This document shows, one piece after another, positions 9,215-17,258 of a DNA stretch of 32,000 nt (positions within the stretch are counted from its first letter, which is position 1; the number at the start of each line of letters is the position of its first letter). Under the pieces are notes generated by a model. It searched no databases. It was not told the DNA's origin and saw only the letters and a list, made by a program, of their open reading frames with translations. Made by a program: the position numbers and the translations under genes. The DNA comes from Pseudoalteromonas tetraodonis (GTDB lineage: Bacteria; Pseudomonadota; Gammaproteobacteria; Enterobacterales; Alteromonadaceae), in the NCBI RefSeq assembly GCF_002310835.1, contig NZ_CP011041.1:1800001-1832000 (forward strand), written 5' to 3'.

Positions 9215-10012
9215 CTAGGTATTTAGACGCGCACGCTTGTCTAAGTATTTTCGAACCGCTTTAGCGGCAACAAAAAAACCAAAACTACCGGTGATCATCG
9301 TCACTGAGCCAAAGCCATTATTACAATCCATGTTCATACTGCCATCAGCATTTTGCTTCGCATGACACACACTGCCGTCACTACCTGGGTAAACAAGCTG
9401 TTCAGTGGAATATACACAGTCAATATTAAATTTACGTTTTGGGTTTGAACTGAAATTATATTGTTTACGCAAAATGTAACGCACTTTTGCAAGTAATGGA
9501 TCTTGAGTGGTTTTTGCCACATCGCCAAAGGTAATTTGACTCGGATCGGTTTGACCACCTGCACCGCCAGTTGTAATTATAGGCATTTTATTACGTTTAC
9601 AGTGAGCTATTAACGCCGCTTTTTCTTTAACCGCATCAATACAATCTATTACATAATCAAAACCTTGAATATGTTCTTGAATATTATCAAGGCTAATAAA
9701 GTCATCAATCACATTCACCACACACTCAGGGTTGATAAGCTTGCAGCGAGTTTTCATCGCCTCAACTTTAGCTTCCCCTATTGTGCCTGTTAAGGCATGA
9801 ATTTGACGATTTACATTAGTTGCACAAATATCATCTAAATCAATTAAGGTGATTTTACCTACGCCGGTACGCGCTAGTGCTTCAGCAGTCCAACTGCCTA
9901 CACCACCAATACCCACAACACAAAAATGTGCTTGCTGTAACCACTCAAATTGCTGTTGACCATACAGACGTTTAATACCACCAAAGCGGATATCAGTTAC
10001 TTGTTCACTCAT
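9215..10012 (-). CDS. tcdA: tRNA threonylcarbamoyladenosine dehydratase (CsdL/YgdL), ThiF/MoeB-like
   Basis: RFGGIKRLYG..HFCVVGIGGVGSWTAEALARTGVGKITLIDLDDICATNVNRQIHAL is nearly colinear with the E. coli TcdA N-terminus. It is convergent with csdA-csdE, as in E. coli. Its ATG directly abuts the TAA of the upstream gene (TAAATG). Confidence 0.9.
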   Translation of the reverse strand: MSEQVTDIRFGGIKRLYGQQQFEWLQQAHFCVVGIGGVGSWTAEALARTGVGKITLIDLDDICATNVNRQIHALTGTIGEAKVEAMKTRCKLINPECVVNVIDDFISLDNIQEHIQGFDYVIDCIDAVKEKAALIAHCKRNKMPIITTGGAGGQTDPSQITFGDVAKTTQDPLLAKVRYILRKQYNFSSNPKRKFNIDCVYSTEQLVYPGSDGSVCHAKQNADGSMNMDCNNGFGSVTMITGSFGFFVAAKAVRKYLDKRARLNT

Positions 10013-10717
10013 TTACCAATCCAGTTTCCACGGCGTTTGCCAAGAATTAAAATCTTGATGTTTAATCAATTGCGCATACTCTTCACCAGATTCTGGCAAC
10101 AGGGTATGTTGTATTTTTTGCCCTTTCCATAAAAAATCCAGCGCAAATGCATGTAAATAGGTACGCTCTGCAGGGCTGCCTGCATAACTTACATCACCCA
10201 TTATGGGGGCACCCAAACTCTTTAAAGCAACTCTGAGCTGATGGGTTTTACCCGAATAGGGTTTTAATAGGTAAGCTCTAAAACCACTTTTAAAACTAAA
10301 TGAATAAAACCGCGTAATAGCGGGATTTATTTGCGAGTTTAATAATTTAAAAGTACCCCGACGTGACTTCGCCATGTCTCCTTTAACCCAACCTTGCTTT
10401 TTTTTAGGCTTAGAATCACTTACAGCTAAATAAAATTTATTAATAGTATGCTCAGTAAACATCTGGGTAAACTTTGCCGCAGCGTCTTTATGCCGCGCTA
10501 ATATGATCAGCCCTGAAGTCACTTTGTCTAGACGATGAACCGCAAACAATTTTTCGTTTAGTTGTTGCTCAGCAAGAACCACAAAACCAGGGCTTTCTTC
10601 TGAATGAAAATTAAGCCCTGCAGGTTTAGTTATAATATAAAAATCATCGTGCGTGTATTGCACCTTTAACACAGGCGTATCTGCTTTATTCACGCGCTTT
10701 ACTTTGAATATGCGCAA
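10013..10717 (-). CDS. RluA-family RNA pseudouridine synthase, target unknown
   Basis: The catalytic-Asp motif is HRLDKVTSGLIILA. It also has YIITKPAG and GKTHQLRVAL. The start is uncertain: the TTG at 10717 would overlap kdsB by 32 nt, whereas the in-frame GTG at 10693 gives an 8-nt overlap (GTGAATAA). Confidence 0.85.
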   Translation of the reverse strand: MRIFKVKRVNKADTPVLKVQYTHDDFYIITKPAGLNFHSEESPGFVVLAEQQLNEKLFAVHRLDKVTSGLIILARHKDAAAKFTQMFTEHTINKFYLAVSDSKPKKKQGWVKGDMAKSRRGTFKLLNSQINPAITRFYSFSFKSGFRAYLLKPYSGKTHQLRVALKSLGAPIMGDVSYAGSPAERTYLHAFALDFLWKGQKIQHTLLPESGEEYAQLIKHQDFNSWQTPWKLDW

Positions 10718-11450
10718 CGACTTTAGCTAAATCCTCTGGTGTATCAACCCCAGCATGAGGGGTCACCAGCGCTTGCTCTATTTTAATCGCATAGCCATGG
10801 TAAAGCACCCTTAGCTGCTCTAGTGATTCTAAAACTTCTAATGGTGATACCGATAATTGAATATATTGCTTTATAAAGCCAGCGCGATACGCGTAAATAC
10901 CCACATGGCGTTGAAAAGGCGCTAAATTAAGTGGTTGCTGCTCTGCCATCATGGCACTTCTATCAAATGGAATGCTGGCTCTTGAAAAATATAAGGCATT
11001 TTTATTAATATCGCTGACCACTTTAACCGCGTTAGGGTTAAATACCTCATCACGCTCTTCAATGGCAACACTTAGGGTTGCCATAGGCGCGGTTGATTGC
11101 GCTAATAATGTAGCCACTTGTGACACGTTATCAGGGGATAATAATGGTTCATCGCCCTGCACATTAACTACGATAGTATCTTCTGATAAGTTTAGTAAAT
11201 CAACGACTTCTGCTAACCGTTCAGTCCCTGATTGATGATCTTCTCGAGTCATCAATACATCATTGGTAAAGTGTTTAGCCGCATCAAATACTTTTTGATG
11301 ATCGGTGGCAATAACCACTTTACTCGCTCCCGACAAACACGCTTTTTCATAGACATGTTGGATCATTGGCTTGCCACAAATATCAGCAAGTGGTTTACCT
11401 GGCAAACGAGTAGAAGCGTAACGCGCAGGAATAACAACTACGAATTCCAC
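10686..11450 (-). CDS. kdsB: 3-deoxy-manno-octulosonate cytidylyltransferase (CMP-KDO synthetase)
   Basis: [30 protein letters not shown] and VNVQGDEPL align with E. coli KdsB throughout. The GTG start overlaps the ycaR stop by 13 nt. Confidence 0.95.
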   Translation of the reverse strand: MEFVVVIPARYASTRLPGKPLADICGKPMIQHVYEKACLSGASKVVIATDHQKVFDAAKHFTNDVLMTREDHQSGTERLAEVVDLLNLSEDTIVVNVQGDEPLLSPDNVSQVATLLAQSTAPMATLSVAIEERDEVFNPNAVKVVSDINKNALYFSRASIPFDRSAMMAEQQPLNLAPFQRHVGIYAYRAGFIKQYIQLSVSPLEVLESLEQLRVLYHGYAIKIEQALVTPHAGVDTPEDLAKVVAHIQSKARE

Positions 11451-11635
11451 TTTTCTACCTCTTCAAGAGACAATTCTCGGGCTTCATTTTCAAGTAATAC
11501 CGGAATATCATCGCGTACCGGGTAAGCAAGCTTTGCAGCTGTACTGATCAGCTCTTGGTTTTCTTTATCAAAGCGCAACTTACCTTTACACACGGGGCAA
11601 GCAATAATTTCGAGTAACTTCGTATCAAAGGCCAT
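11438..11635 (-). CDS. ycaR: Trm112/YcaR-family small protein (UPF0434)
   Basis: The protein is 65 aa with [14 protein letters not shown]...[11 protein letters not shown]. It sits between lpxK and kdsB, as in E. coli. Confidence 0.85.
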   Translation of the reverse strand: MAFDTKLLEIIACPVCKGKLRFDKENQELISTAAKLAYPVRDDIPVLLENEARELSLEEVEKWNS

Positions 11636-12605
11636 GATGGATCCCTTTTTCTTTTAATAGTAAATTTAATGTGTTTATTACCGCCGCTGTTGGTTGAGCA
11701 TCAACAGGCAGGTAATACCAATTAGGCTTTGCAAAATCACGGCATTTAACCGCATCTTTTTCTGTCATTAATACACAGTCATCGCCAAATTGAGCAAAAT
11801 CATCAGCGCTATAAGCATAATGATCGCGAAAATGATGTGTAGACAGTAATTTAATACCTTGTGCTTGCAGTGAAGCCTCAAAACGACCTGGGTTACCAAT
11901 AGCACTCACCGCATGCGCAGCCTTTAAAGGCGACGCTATATCCGTGTTATCGGCTACGCGCTTAATAACCGATGGCTGCAAGCGATAACTAAACTCATCC
12001 TCAGAGCCATTTTCAATTACTACGTCTACGCTCTTTAATCGAGAGACGGTTTCGCGCAGTGGCCCTGCGGGCATTAGCAAACCATTACCAAATTTTCTTT
12101 CGCTATCAACAATACAACATTCTATGCTGCGTGCCATTTTGTAATGCTGCATGCCATCATCAGAAATGATCACATCAAGCTTAAAGTTTGCGTTGAGCTT
12201 TTCTATATTGTGCTGTCTATTTGGCCCCACAACTAACGGACATTGTAAACGGTTAAATAAAAGCACCGGCTCATCACCAGCCTCTCGTGTAGTCGTTTGT
12301 GCAGTAACCAATAACGGGTAATGAGTTGCTTGCCCGCCGTAACCTCGACTAATTAAACCAACAGATAAACCTTGGGCGATTAAGTGATCATGCAGCCATA
12401 ATACAAATGGGGTTTTACCATTACCGCCAACGCTTATATTACCAACCACAATAACCGGTGTTTTGCTGATAAACGATTTAAAAATGCCGAACTTATAGCA
12501 ATATCTACGCAGCAAAGAAATACAGCCAAAAATAGCGGACAGTGGTAATAGCAATAACGTAATTAAGCTAAAAGGTTTATACCAGCTTTGCTCTATTTTA
12601 CTCAC
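11625..12605 (-). CDS. lpxK: Tetraacyldisaccharide 4'-kinase
   Basis: The P-loop is [32 protein letters not shown] and WYYLPVDAQ all match E. coli LpxK. The GTG start overlaps the msbA TGA (GTGA). Confidence 0.94.
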   Translation of the reverse strand: MSKIEQSWYKPFSLITLLLLPLSAIFGCISLLRRYCYKFGIFKSFISKTPVIVVGNISVGGNGKTPFVLWLHDHLIAQGLSVGLISRGYGGQATHYPLLVTAQTTTREAGDEPVLLFNRLQCPLVVGPNRQHNIEKLNANFKLDVIISDDGMQHYKMARSIECCIVDSERKFGNGLLMPAGPLRETVSRLKSVDVVIENGSEDEFSYRLQPSVIKRVADNTDIASPLKAAHAVSAIGNPGRFEASLQAQGIKLLSTHHFRDHYAYSADDFAQFGDDCVLMTEKDAVKCRDFAKPNWYYLPVDAQPTAAVINTLNLLLKEKGIHHGL

Positions 12606-14347
12606 CCTTGCTCACCAAACTGCATTTTACATAACGCAGAATAAGTGCCATCGTTAGCAAGTAAATCTGTATGGGTACCACTTTCAATAACTTGACCACT
12701 GTCTATTACATAAATGCGGTCACTATTTTCAATAGTCGATAACCTATGCGCAATTACAATAGACGTTTTGTCTTTCATTAATGTATCGAGGGCATGTTGA
12801 ATGAGTTTTTCTGATTCAGTATCCAGCGCCGAGGTCGCTTCATCTAAAATTAAAATTGGTGCATCTTTTAATATTGCGCGAGCAATCGCGATACGTTGAC
12901 GCTGACCACCTGAAAGCATCACCCCATTCTCACCAACCATAGTGTTAAGTTGTTCCGGTAAATCTTTAACAAACTCCCACACATGAGCTTGTTTAGCCAC
13001 AGCATGAAGCTCTTCCATCGATACATCGCGTTGGAGGCCATAACAAATATTATTTGCAATCGTGTCATTAAAAAGCACCACTTGCTGCGATACTAAAGCA
13101 AATTGACGACGTAAATCGGTGAGCTTATATTCATTTAAAGCAATACCATCCAGTAATATTTCACTGGGCGCTTCTAAATCATAATAGCGAGGTAATAAGT
13201 TTGATATGGTGGATTTACCCGAGCCTGAGCGACCAACAAGCGCAATGCTCTCGCCCGCTTGAATAGTCATAGACAAATTATTTAATACCGGCTCGTCTTT
13301 GGTTGGGTATTTAAAGGTGACATTTTTTACCTCAATATGACCTTTAACTTTATCAACCGATAAGGTGCCTGTGTCTTTTTCTATTTCTTCATCTAGCACT
13401 AAAAATACACTCTGCGCAGCTGAAATACCGCGTTGTAAATCGCTGTTCACATTGGCAAGCTGTTTTAACGGGCGTAGTAACATCATCATCGAAGAAATGA
13501 GCACTACAAAATCCCCAGAGCTAATACTGTCTATCATTGAGGGCATAGACACCACCCATAAAATAACGGCCATTGCACTGGCGGCTAAAATTTGAATGAT
13601 AGAGACACTTAACGCCTTAGTCGCATCCATTTTGATACGTTGCTGGCGATTATGATTATTAATTTTAGAAAATTGATCGATTTCTTGAGTTTGACCACCA
13701 AAGCCGTGGATCACTTTGTGACCACTGAGCATTTGCTCTGAGCTGCGGGTAACTTGCCCCATCGCAGACTGAATATTTTTAGATATATGACGAAAACGTT
13801 TAGATACCACCGCCACTATAATAGCCACTAATGGAATAATAACTAAAAAGATTAACGATAATTGCCAGCTGGTATAAAACATAACTGCAAGTAAAAACAC
13901 CACAAAAGCGCCTTCACGAACTACAATAAGCAGTGCTTTGGTAATCGCTTGCTGTACTTGCTCTGTATCAAAGGTAATTTTTGAAATAAGGTCGCCAGTC
14001 GAGTTTTTATCATGAAACGATACTGGCAAATGTAATATATGCTCAAATAGTTCTTGGCGAAGCGCACGCACTACCTGCGAACCAACATAGCTTAAACAGT
14101 ACGATGACATAAAATTAAATACGCCACGCCCGATCACCAACGCAATAACCACAAATGGCGCATAAGTAAGTACCTGACTATTACGCTCATTTAAACCTTC
14201 ATCGATAAACGGCTTCATCAGTTGGATGAATAATGCATCCATACCTGAATAACCTATCATTCCAATAATTGCGACGATGGCAACCGACTTATAGGCACCA
14301 ACGTAAGAAACAAGCCGTTTATAAATTTGTGTAGTACTTTGATCCAT
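12602..14347 (-). CDS. msbA: Lipid A export ABC transporter (permease/ATPase)
   Basis: It has six N-terminal TM helices, Walker A GRSGSGKST, signature LSGGQRQRIAIARA and Walker B ILILDEATSALD. The C-terminus [10 protein letters not shown] resembles E. coli LHKMQFGQ. I chose the ATG at 14347 (MDQSTTQ, 581 aa) over the GTG at 14365. Confidence 0.94.
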   Translation of the reverse strand: MDQSTTQIYKRLVSYVGAYKSVAIVAIIGMIGYSGMDALFIQLMKPFIDEGLNERNSQVLTYAPFVVIALVIGRGVFNFMSSYCLSYVGSQVVRALRQELFEHILHLPVSFHDKNSTGDLISKITFDTEQVQQAITKALLIVVREGAFVVFLLAVMFYTSWQLSLIFLVIIPLVAIIVAVVSKRFRHISKNIQSAMGQVTRSSEQMLSGHKVIHGFGGQTQEIDQFSKINNHNRQQRIKMDATKALSVSIIQILAASAMAVILWVVSMPSMIDSISSGDFVVLISSMMMLLRPLKQLANVNSDLQRGISAAQSVFLVLDEEIEKDTGTLSVDKVKGHIEVKNVTFKYPTKDEPVLNNLSMTIQAGESIALVGRSGSGKSTISNLLPRYYDLEAPSEILLDGIALNEYKLTDLRRQFALVSQQVVLFNDTIANNICYGLQRDVSMEELHAVAKQAHVWEFVKDLPEQLNTMVGENGVMLSGGQRQRIAIARAILKDAPILILDEATSALDTESEKLIQHALDTLMKDKTSIVIAHRLSTIENSDRIYVIDSGQVIESGTHTDLLANDGTYSALCKMQFGEQG

Positions 14348-14407
14348 AACACTCTCTAAAACCACTGACAGCCTCTATTGTATCCTTAGCAACAGCAAAA
14401 CAAAACG

Positions 14408-16627
14408 TCAATCTTTGATAAACCAATAACTTTCCTGCGCCCTCGCTGTAGTAAGCTCAAGGTGCTTAGCATAAAAATCAACTCTAACTTGTCCTACATC
14501 ACCGGTGCTATATTGTTTGGCGTTTATTTTATTGTAACGCTCAACTACCGCTTTACTTGGAAATTGCCACTGACCTTGATATGCACTTGAATGAATCACA
14601 ATCGTTGGGTTTACTGCCTTAATAAACTCGTCACTCGAGGAGCTGTCACTGCCGTGGTGTGGGCTTATCAAAACGGTACTTTGTAAATCATCTTCCTTTT
14701 TAATTAATTGAGACTCTCGCGTCTTTGATATGTCACCGGTAAGTAGCACACTATAGTTTGCAGCTGAGATTTTAACGATACAGGAATTATCATTACTATT
14801 ATTAAATTCCTCTTTAGCAAAAGTTTGAATACTCAATCCATTAAAATCGCGTGTTGTTGCTATACAGTCGTTATATACACCATTTGGATGAAAATAATCA
14901 AAACTCCATGCATAACCGGCCGCTTTAAAATGCGCAACACCTCCGGCATGATCGTTATCTTGATGACTGACAATCGCGGTACTTACCGTTAGATTATGGG
15001 CGTCAATATAGGGTAGTAATACACTAGGCACACGACTAAAGCGATTAAAGTAACTCGGGCCAAAATCATAAATAAACGCATGCTTATCTTTTTTTATCAG
15101 TACCATAAGGCCATGGCCTACATCAAATACGTTCAACTGCCAAAGGCTAGATTGCGTAAAGTAATAATTAGACAGTAGAGTCAAAAGCGGAATACACGCC
15201 AGTACGCGAAGCTCAATAAAATAAAGTAAAGGAACGACACTATAAAGCAGCACCACAGTGGTTATACTTACCTGACCAACATTAAGCCAACGTATGTGCT
15301 GCGGTATCGCCAGCAACATTTGATAAATATAGGTCAGTGGAAAATCATACAACACAATAAACGCATGCCAGTCGGTTAATAACCCCAGCAACACACTTAA
15401 AAATAAAGCAGGCATTAATACAAAAGATAAAATGGGAATAGCGACAAGATTTAAAACTAAACCTGCTAAACTCACGCCATTAAAAAAGTATAATGACAGC
15501 GGTAATAAGCCAATAAATAATCCCAGTTGAATAACAAAAAGAGTGCGAATATTGGCTAACAATGAATGACCTCGCAGCGGAAACTGTTTTAAAACCATAA
15601 AAATAATACATACCGCTAAAAAGGAAAAATACAGGCCAGGATTAAGCAAACTAAATGGATTAACCGCTAGAATAATAACCAACGCATATAAAATACTTCG
15701 CCATCTAAGCGCTTGCTTCGCTAAATAATAAAGCAACAAATAACAACCCAACATAATTAAGGCGCGGGTTGCCGAAATAATGAAATCACTCAAGTAAACA
15801 TAAATAAAAGCGGCAACAAAGCCAGCAGCGCTATAAAAAATAGCAATATTTAATGATTGATTTAGTTCAGGCTTAATCAACTTAAGTAAACAGCGCACTG
15901 CAAAATAACAAAAGCCGAAAACCAAAGAGATATGTAATCCAGAAATAGCCAGTAAATGACTTAACCCAAGACTTTGCATTAATTGTTTATGCTCAAAGGT
16001 CATTAACGACTTGTCTCCAGTTAAGAGCACGTAATATAGCCAATTAAGCTCAGCACTACTTACGAGCTTTTTGACATAAGTCCGGTAAGCCGCGATATGA
16101 TTATTTTGTGGACGGTTGTAAATCGCTAACTGCTTATTTAATACTGTGCCTTTAAACGCTATTTTTTGTGTAAAGGCATAGAGTTGACTGTCGAACACAG
16201 TAAAATTTTTAATCCCCCTAAAATTTTTTAACCTAACTTGAGCAGTAAAAGCATCACCTGGCTGAATAGGTTGTGTTGAATTAATACTTAATAAGGCATT
16301 AGGTGCTCTAAACTGACTATATTCGCTATCTTCCAAACGGGTTATTTTCACTTTTACGTATTGTGGAGGTGTTGAAGAAATAACCTCTTCGACAACAACA
16401 TTGACTGAATAAGCATATTTTTCGTGCTCATTAGGTAATTCAAATGAATAAAACAAGATAAAATGTGCCGCTACACAGCAAATACCGCAAATAAAGCCTA
16501 ACAATACAGTTAAAAACGGCTTAAAATACGTGCTCACAATGAGGATTGAAATTGTGATAACTGTAAATTCAAGGGTTTGGTAATAAAATACGGTAACAAC
16601 AACTCCGATAACAAACCCAAGACTCAT
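14408..16627 (-). CDS. comEC: DNA internalization competence protein ComEC/Rec2
   Basis: It is a large polytopic protein with a C-terminal metallo-beta-lactamase module (VSHQDNDHAGG, SPHHGS). It lies upstream of msbA, as ycaI does in E. coli. The ORF-track start at 16675 is a TTG that would overlap the divergent gene, so I prefer the ATG at 16627 (MSLGFVIG). Confidence 0.88.
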   Translation of the reverse strand: MSLGFVIGVVVTVFYYQTLEFTVITISILIVSTYFKPFLTVLLGFICGICCVAAHFILFYSFELPNEHEKYAYSVNVVVEEVISSTPPQYVKVKITRLEDSEYSQFRAPNALLSINSTQPIQPGDAFTAQVRLKNFRGIKNFTVFDSQLYAFTQKIAFKGTVLNKQLAIYNRPQNNHIAAYRTYVKKLVSSAELNWLYYVLLTGDKSLMTFEHKQLMQSLGLSHLLAISGLHISLVFGFCYFAVRCLLKLIKPELNQSLNIAIFYSAAGFVAAFIYVYLSDFIISATRALIMLGCYLLLYYLAKQALRWRSILYALVIILAVNPFSLLNPGLYFSFLAVCIIFMVLKQFPLRGHSLLANIRTLFVIQLGLFIGLLPLSLYFFNGVSLAGLVLNLVAIPILSFVLMPALFLSVLLGLLTDWHAFIVLYDFPLTYIYQMLLAIPQHIRWLNVGQVSITTVVLLYSVVPLLYFIELRVLACIPLLTLLSNYYFTQSSLWQLNVFDVGHGLMVLIKKDKHAFIYDFGPSYFNRFSRVPSVLLPYIDAHNLTVSTAIVSHQDNDHAGGVAHFKAAGYAWSFDYFHPNGVYNDCIATTRDFNGLSIQTFAKEEFNNSNDNSCIVKISAANYSVLLTGDISKTRESQLIKKEDDLQSTVLISPHHGSDSSSSDEFIKAVNPTIVIHSSAYQGQWQFPSKAVVERYNKINAKQYSTGDVGQVRVDFYAKHLELTTARAQESYWFIKD

Positions 16628-16654
16628 CCACACAGAAGTAAATGGTTGCTTTAA

Positions 16655-17161
16655 ATGGCTAAAAAAACGATCCAACGGTTTTTACCCGATCCAAATAAAA
16701 TTAGACATCACAAATCGCTAAGAATATTTGGCCGTCTTTTACATGATGCTAACCTTTGGCATTTAAATAGACGTTCGGCACGAGGTGCTTTTGCTGTTGG
16801 GCTTTTTTTTGCTTTCATCCCTGTTCCTTTTCAAATGGTGCTCGCGGCTGCCGCAGCGATAATTTTGAGAGTTAATTTACCCATTTCTGTTGCGCTAGTA
16901 TGGATCACTAATCCACTGACTATGCCGCCAATTTTTTACGGCTCCTACCTTGTTGGTACATTAGTACTTAATCAACCAGAACAACACTTTGCGTTCGAAG
17001 CCAGTTGGGCATGGTTTATAGAAAGCTTAACGACAATTGGCCCTGCATTCTTAGTCGGTTCTTTGGTATGCGCCTCTATCGCCAGTGTTATTGGCTACTT
17101 TGGAATAGATCTAATGTGGCGCCGCTCTGTAAGGCGGGCATGGGGAATGAGAAATAATTAG
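16655..17161 (+). CDS. DUF2062-family inner membrane protein
   Basis: The protein is 168 aa with a basic N-terminus followed by ARGAFAVGLFFAFIPVPFQMVLAAAAA and further TM segments. That pattern matches what I remember of DUF2062/COG3216. I have not verified the family assignment. Confidence 0.6.
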   Translation: MAKKTIQRFLPDPNKIRHHKSLRIFGRLLHDANLWHLNRRSARGAFAVGLFFAFIPVPFQMVLAAAAAIILRVNLPISVALVWITNPLTMPPIFYGSYLVGTLVLNQPEQHFAFEASWAWFIESLTTIGPAFLVGSLVCASIASVIGYFGIDLMWRRSVRRAWGMRNN

Positions 17162-17196
17162 CCTCTCTTCCTTTAAATGCTTACATTACTATAGAC

Positions 17197-17229
17197 AAAA
17201 AAAACCCAACTTAACAAGTTGGGTTTTTT
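17197..17229. terminator. Bidirectional rho-independent terminator
   Basis: The sequence is aaaaaaaa CCCAACTT aac AAGTTGGG tttttt. It lies between the convergent DUF2062 gene and the 579-aa repeat-protein gene. Confidence 0.85.
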
Positions 17230-17258
17230 AGTCGTTCTGTTTAACGATTTAAGCTCAT

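Noticed and set aside
10951-11525. Plus-strand ORFs of 94 and 97 aa lie opposite kdsB and ycaR.
   Set aside because: They are embedded antisense in strongly supported genes and have no motifs.
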